Assembly: GCA_963844985.1 (NCBI GenBank)
Contig: CAWJQV010000016.1
Location: 5,467 to 69,466 of the forward strand
DNA from: an uncultured delta proteobacterium
GTDB lineage: Bacteria; Desulfobacterota; Syntrophobacteria; Syntrophobacterales; Syntrophobacteraceae
Direction of reading: 5' to 3'
Length of the DNA: 64,000 bases
Below, piece by piece: positions 63,257 through 64,000 of this stretch. The position numbers and the translations under genes are program-made. Under the pieces are notes generated by a model. That model was not told the origin of the DNA. It saw only the letters and a program-made list of their open reading frames with translations, and ran no database searches. Position 1 is the first letter of the stretch. Every line of letters begins with the position of its first letter.

Positions 63257-63365
63257 CTTGCCACAAGGAAAAACCTGCGGCAGACCTCGATTTTGCGAAT
63301 GTATGATCTGGACATGGCAAAGATTTTGGCCATCGAGATTTCAATGGTCAGGAGGAGGAGAGGAA
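63257..63365 (+). repeat. junction repeat copy I
   Basis: CTTGCCACAAGG ... TGTATGATCTGGACATGGCAAAGATTTTGGCCATCGAGATTTCAATGGTCAGGAGGAGGAGAGG-a-ATG. Confidence 0.8.
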
Positions 63366-63416
63366 TGCCGACTTTCCGACGGCCCTGCCGGACGGTGACC
63401 AAAAATAGCCAAGTGG

Positions 63417-63474
63417 GAGCAACACCGCCTCCCGTGTCCCATATCTCCGGTTTCCGGCAGAGATATGGTTAGAG
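63417..63474. other. attC-like site GAGCAAC ... CCATATCTC-n12-GAGATATGG-TTAGAG
   Basis: A 9-bp inner stem. GTTAGAG overlaps the stop codon of the gene 63469-64000. Confidence 0.3.
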
Positions 63475-64000
63475 GTCAGCCTTTTCTCCCGCAGTTCTCG
63501 GTTGAACCGTCAGCATGATGGTCGAGTCCGGCGCGCCATACAGGAGCAGGTACGTACCATCGTCGACCGCACCAACCATTGTCTCCTCCCCCATGCCCAC
63601 CTCCTTCAGGCCAAATTCGGCGTTATATAAATACCATGAGCGTACGCCGGTCAGGGTCAGAGCTGAAGCCGCAGGCCACCGGAACCACTCGCCCAGCCCT
63701 TCGGGGCCGATCGTCACCGTGCCGTGCCCTGACTGTAGAGAGGAGATGGTCTCCAGCGGGCGGTACCAAGTTCCGCACCAGAGGATCCATTCTTCTCCCT
63801 CCCGCTCCTCGATCACCAGATCGCTGAGACCCCAGCCGTTGTCGATGGGAATCTTGAGACACATCCGGGCGACATGATCACTTCCCCTCGGATCGAAGAC
63901 CTGTACCAGATCAAGTCCCGCTGAGCTGAGCGATACGGCAAGGTACCCCTCCAGGCCCGGGACTTCTGCCAGGCTGATCAGGGGGGGTTGCCGCCCCAGA
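63469..64000 (-). CDS. hypothetical protein, 5' end beyond the window edge
   Basis: By my own check, the frame of the 131-aa ORF stays open upstream to base 64000. No family recognised. Confidence 0.4.
   Translation of the reverse strand, partial: LGRQPPLISLAEVPGLEGYLAVSLSSAGLDLVQVFDPRGSDHVARMCLKIPIDNGWGLSDLVIEEREGEEWILWCGTWYRPLETISSLQSGHGTVTIGPEGLGEWFRWPAASALTLTGVRSWYLYNAEFGLKEVGMGEETMVGAVDDGTYLLLYGAPDSTIMLTVQPRTAGEKADL

Noticed and set aside
31154-64000. Integron integrase, other tyrosine or serine recombinase, or an attI site that would make the array a complete integron
   Set aside because: No ORF in the six-frame track shows recombinase motifs. The only mobility genes are the IS1595-like and IS1634-like transposases, so only a CALIN-like interpretation is offered.

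Overview
The window has two parts. Bases 1-31200 are mostly tightly packed minus-strand housekeeping operons. They run rluA-like, hisB, murI, rsmI, yraN, rnhB, rplS, a SPOUT methyltransferase, trmD, rimM, a KH protein, rpsP, ffh, hppA, a dynamin-like GTPase, coaD, rsmD, asd, leuBDC, pssA, psd and ilvCNB. A small islet at 1.1-6.5 kb next to tRNA-Arg(CCG) interrupts them and carries an AbiEi/AbiEii pair with a third gene, two IS remnants and creA. Gene order and protein content suggest a Desulfobacterota/Deltaproteobacteria-type anaerobe, but this is a weak inference. From about 31.2 kb to the right edge the DNA is accessory. It holds unrelated, mostly minus-strand genes, many with broken frames, two adjacent IS elements (IS1595-like and IS1634-like), and a co-oriented repeat family of at least 11 copies in the gene spacers. 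Many repeat copies abut attC-like imperfect palindromes, but no integrase is present. The strongest single observation is a MerB-like (organomercurial lyase family) reading frame at 40717-41424. It has two in-frame TGA codons at the positions of the two catalytic cysteines, and each TGA is followed by a SECIS-like hairpin, so it is a candidate double-selenocysteine protein. Several essential genes (asd, leuB, ilvC) show single-base frame breaks, two of them clearly inside homopolymer runs. These are probably sequence errors, so pseudogene calls here are provisional. No rRNA genes or CRISPR arrays were seen.
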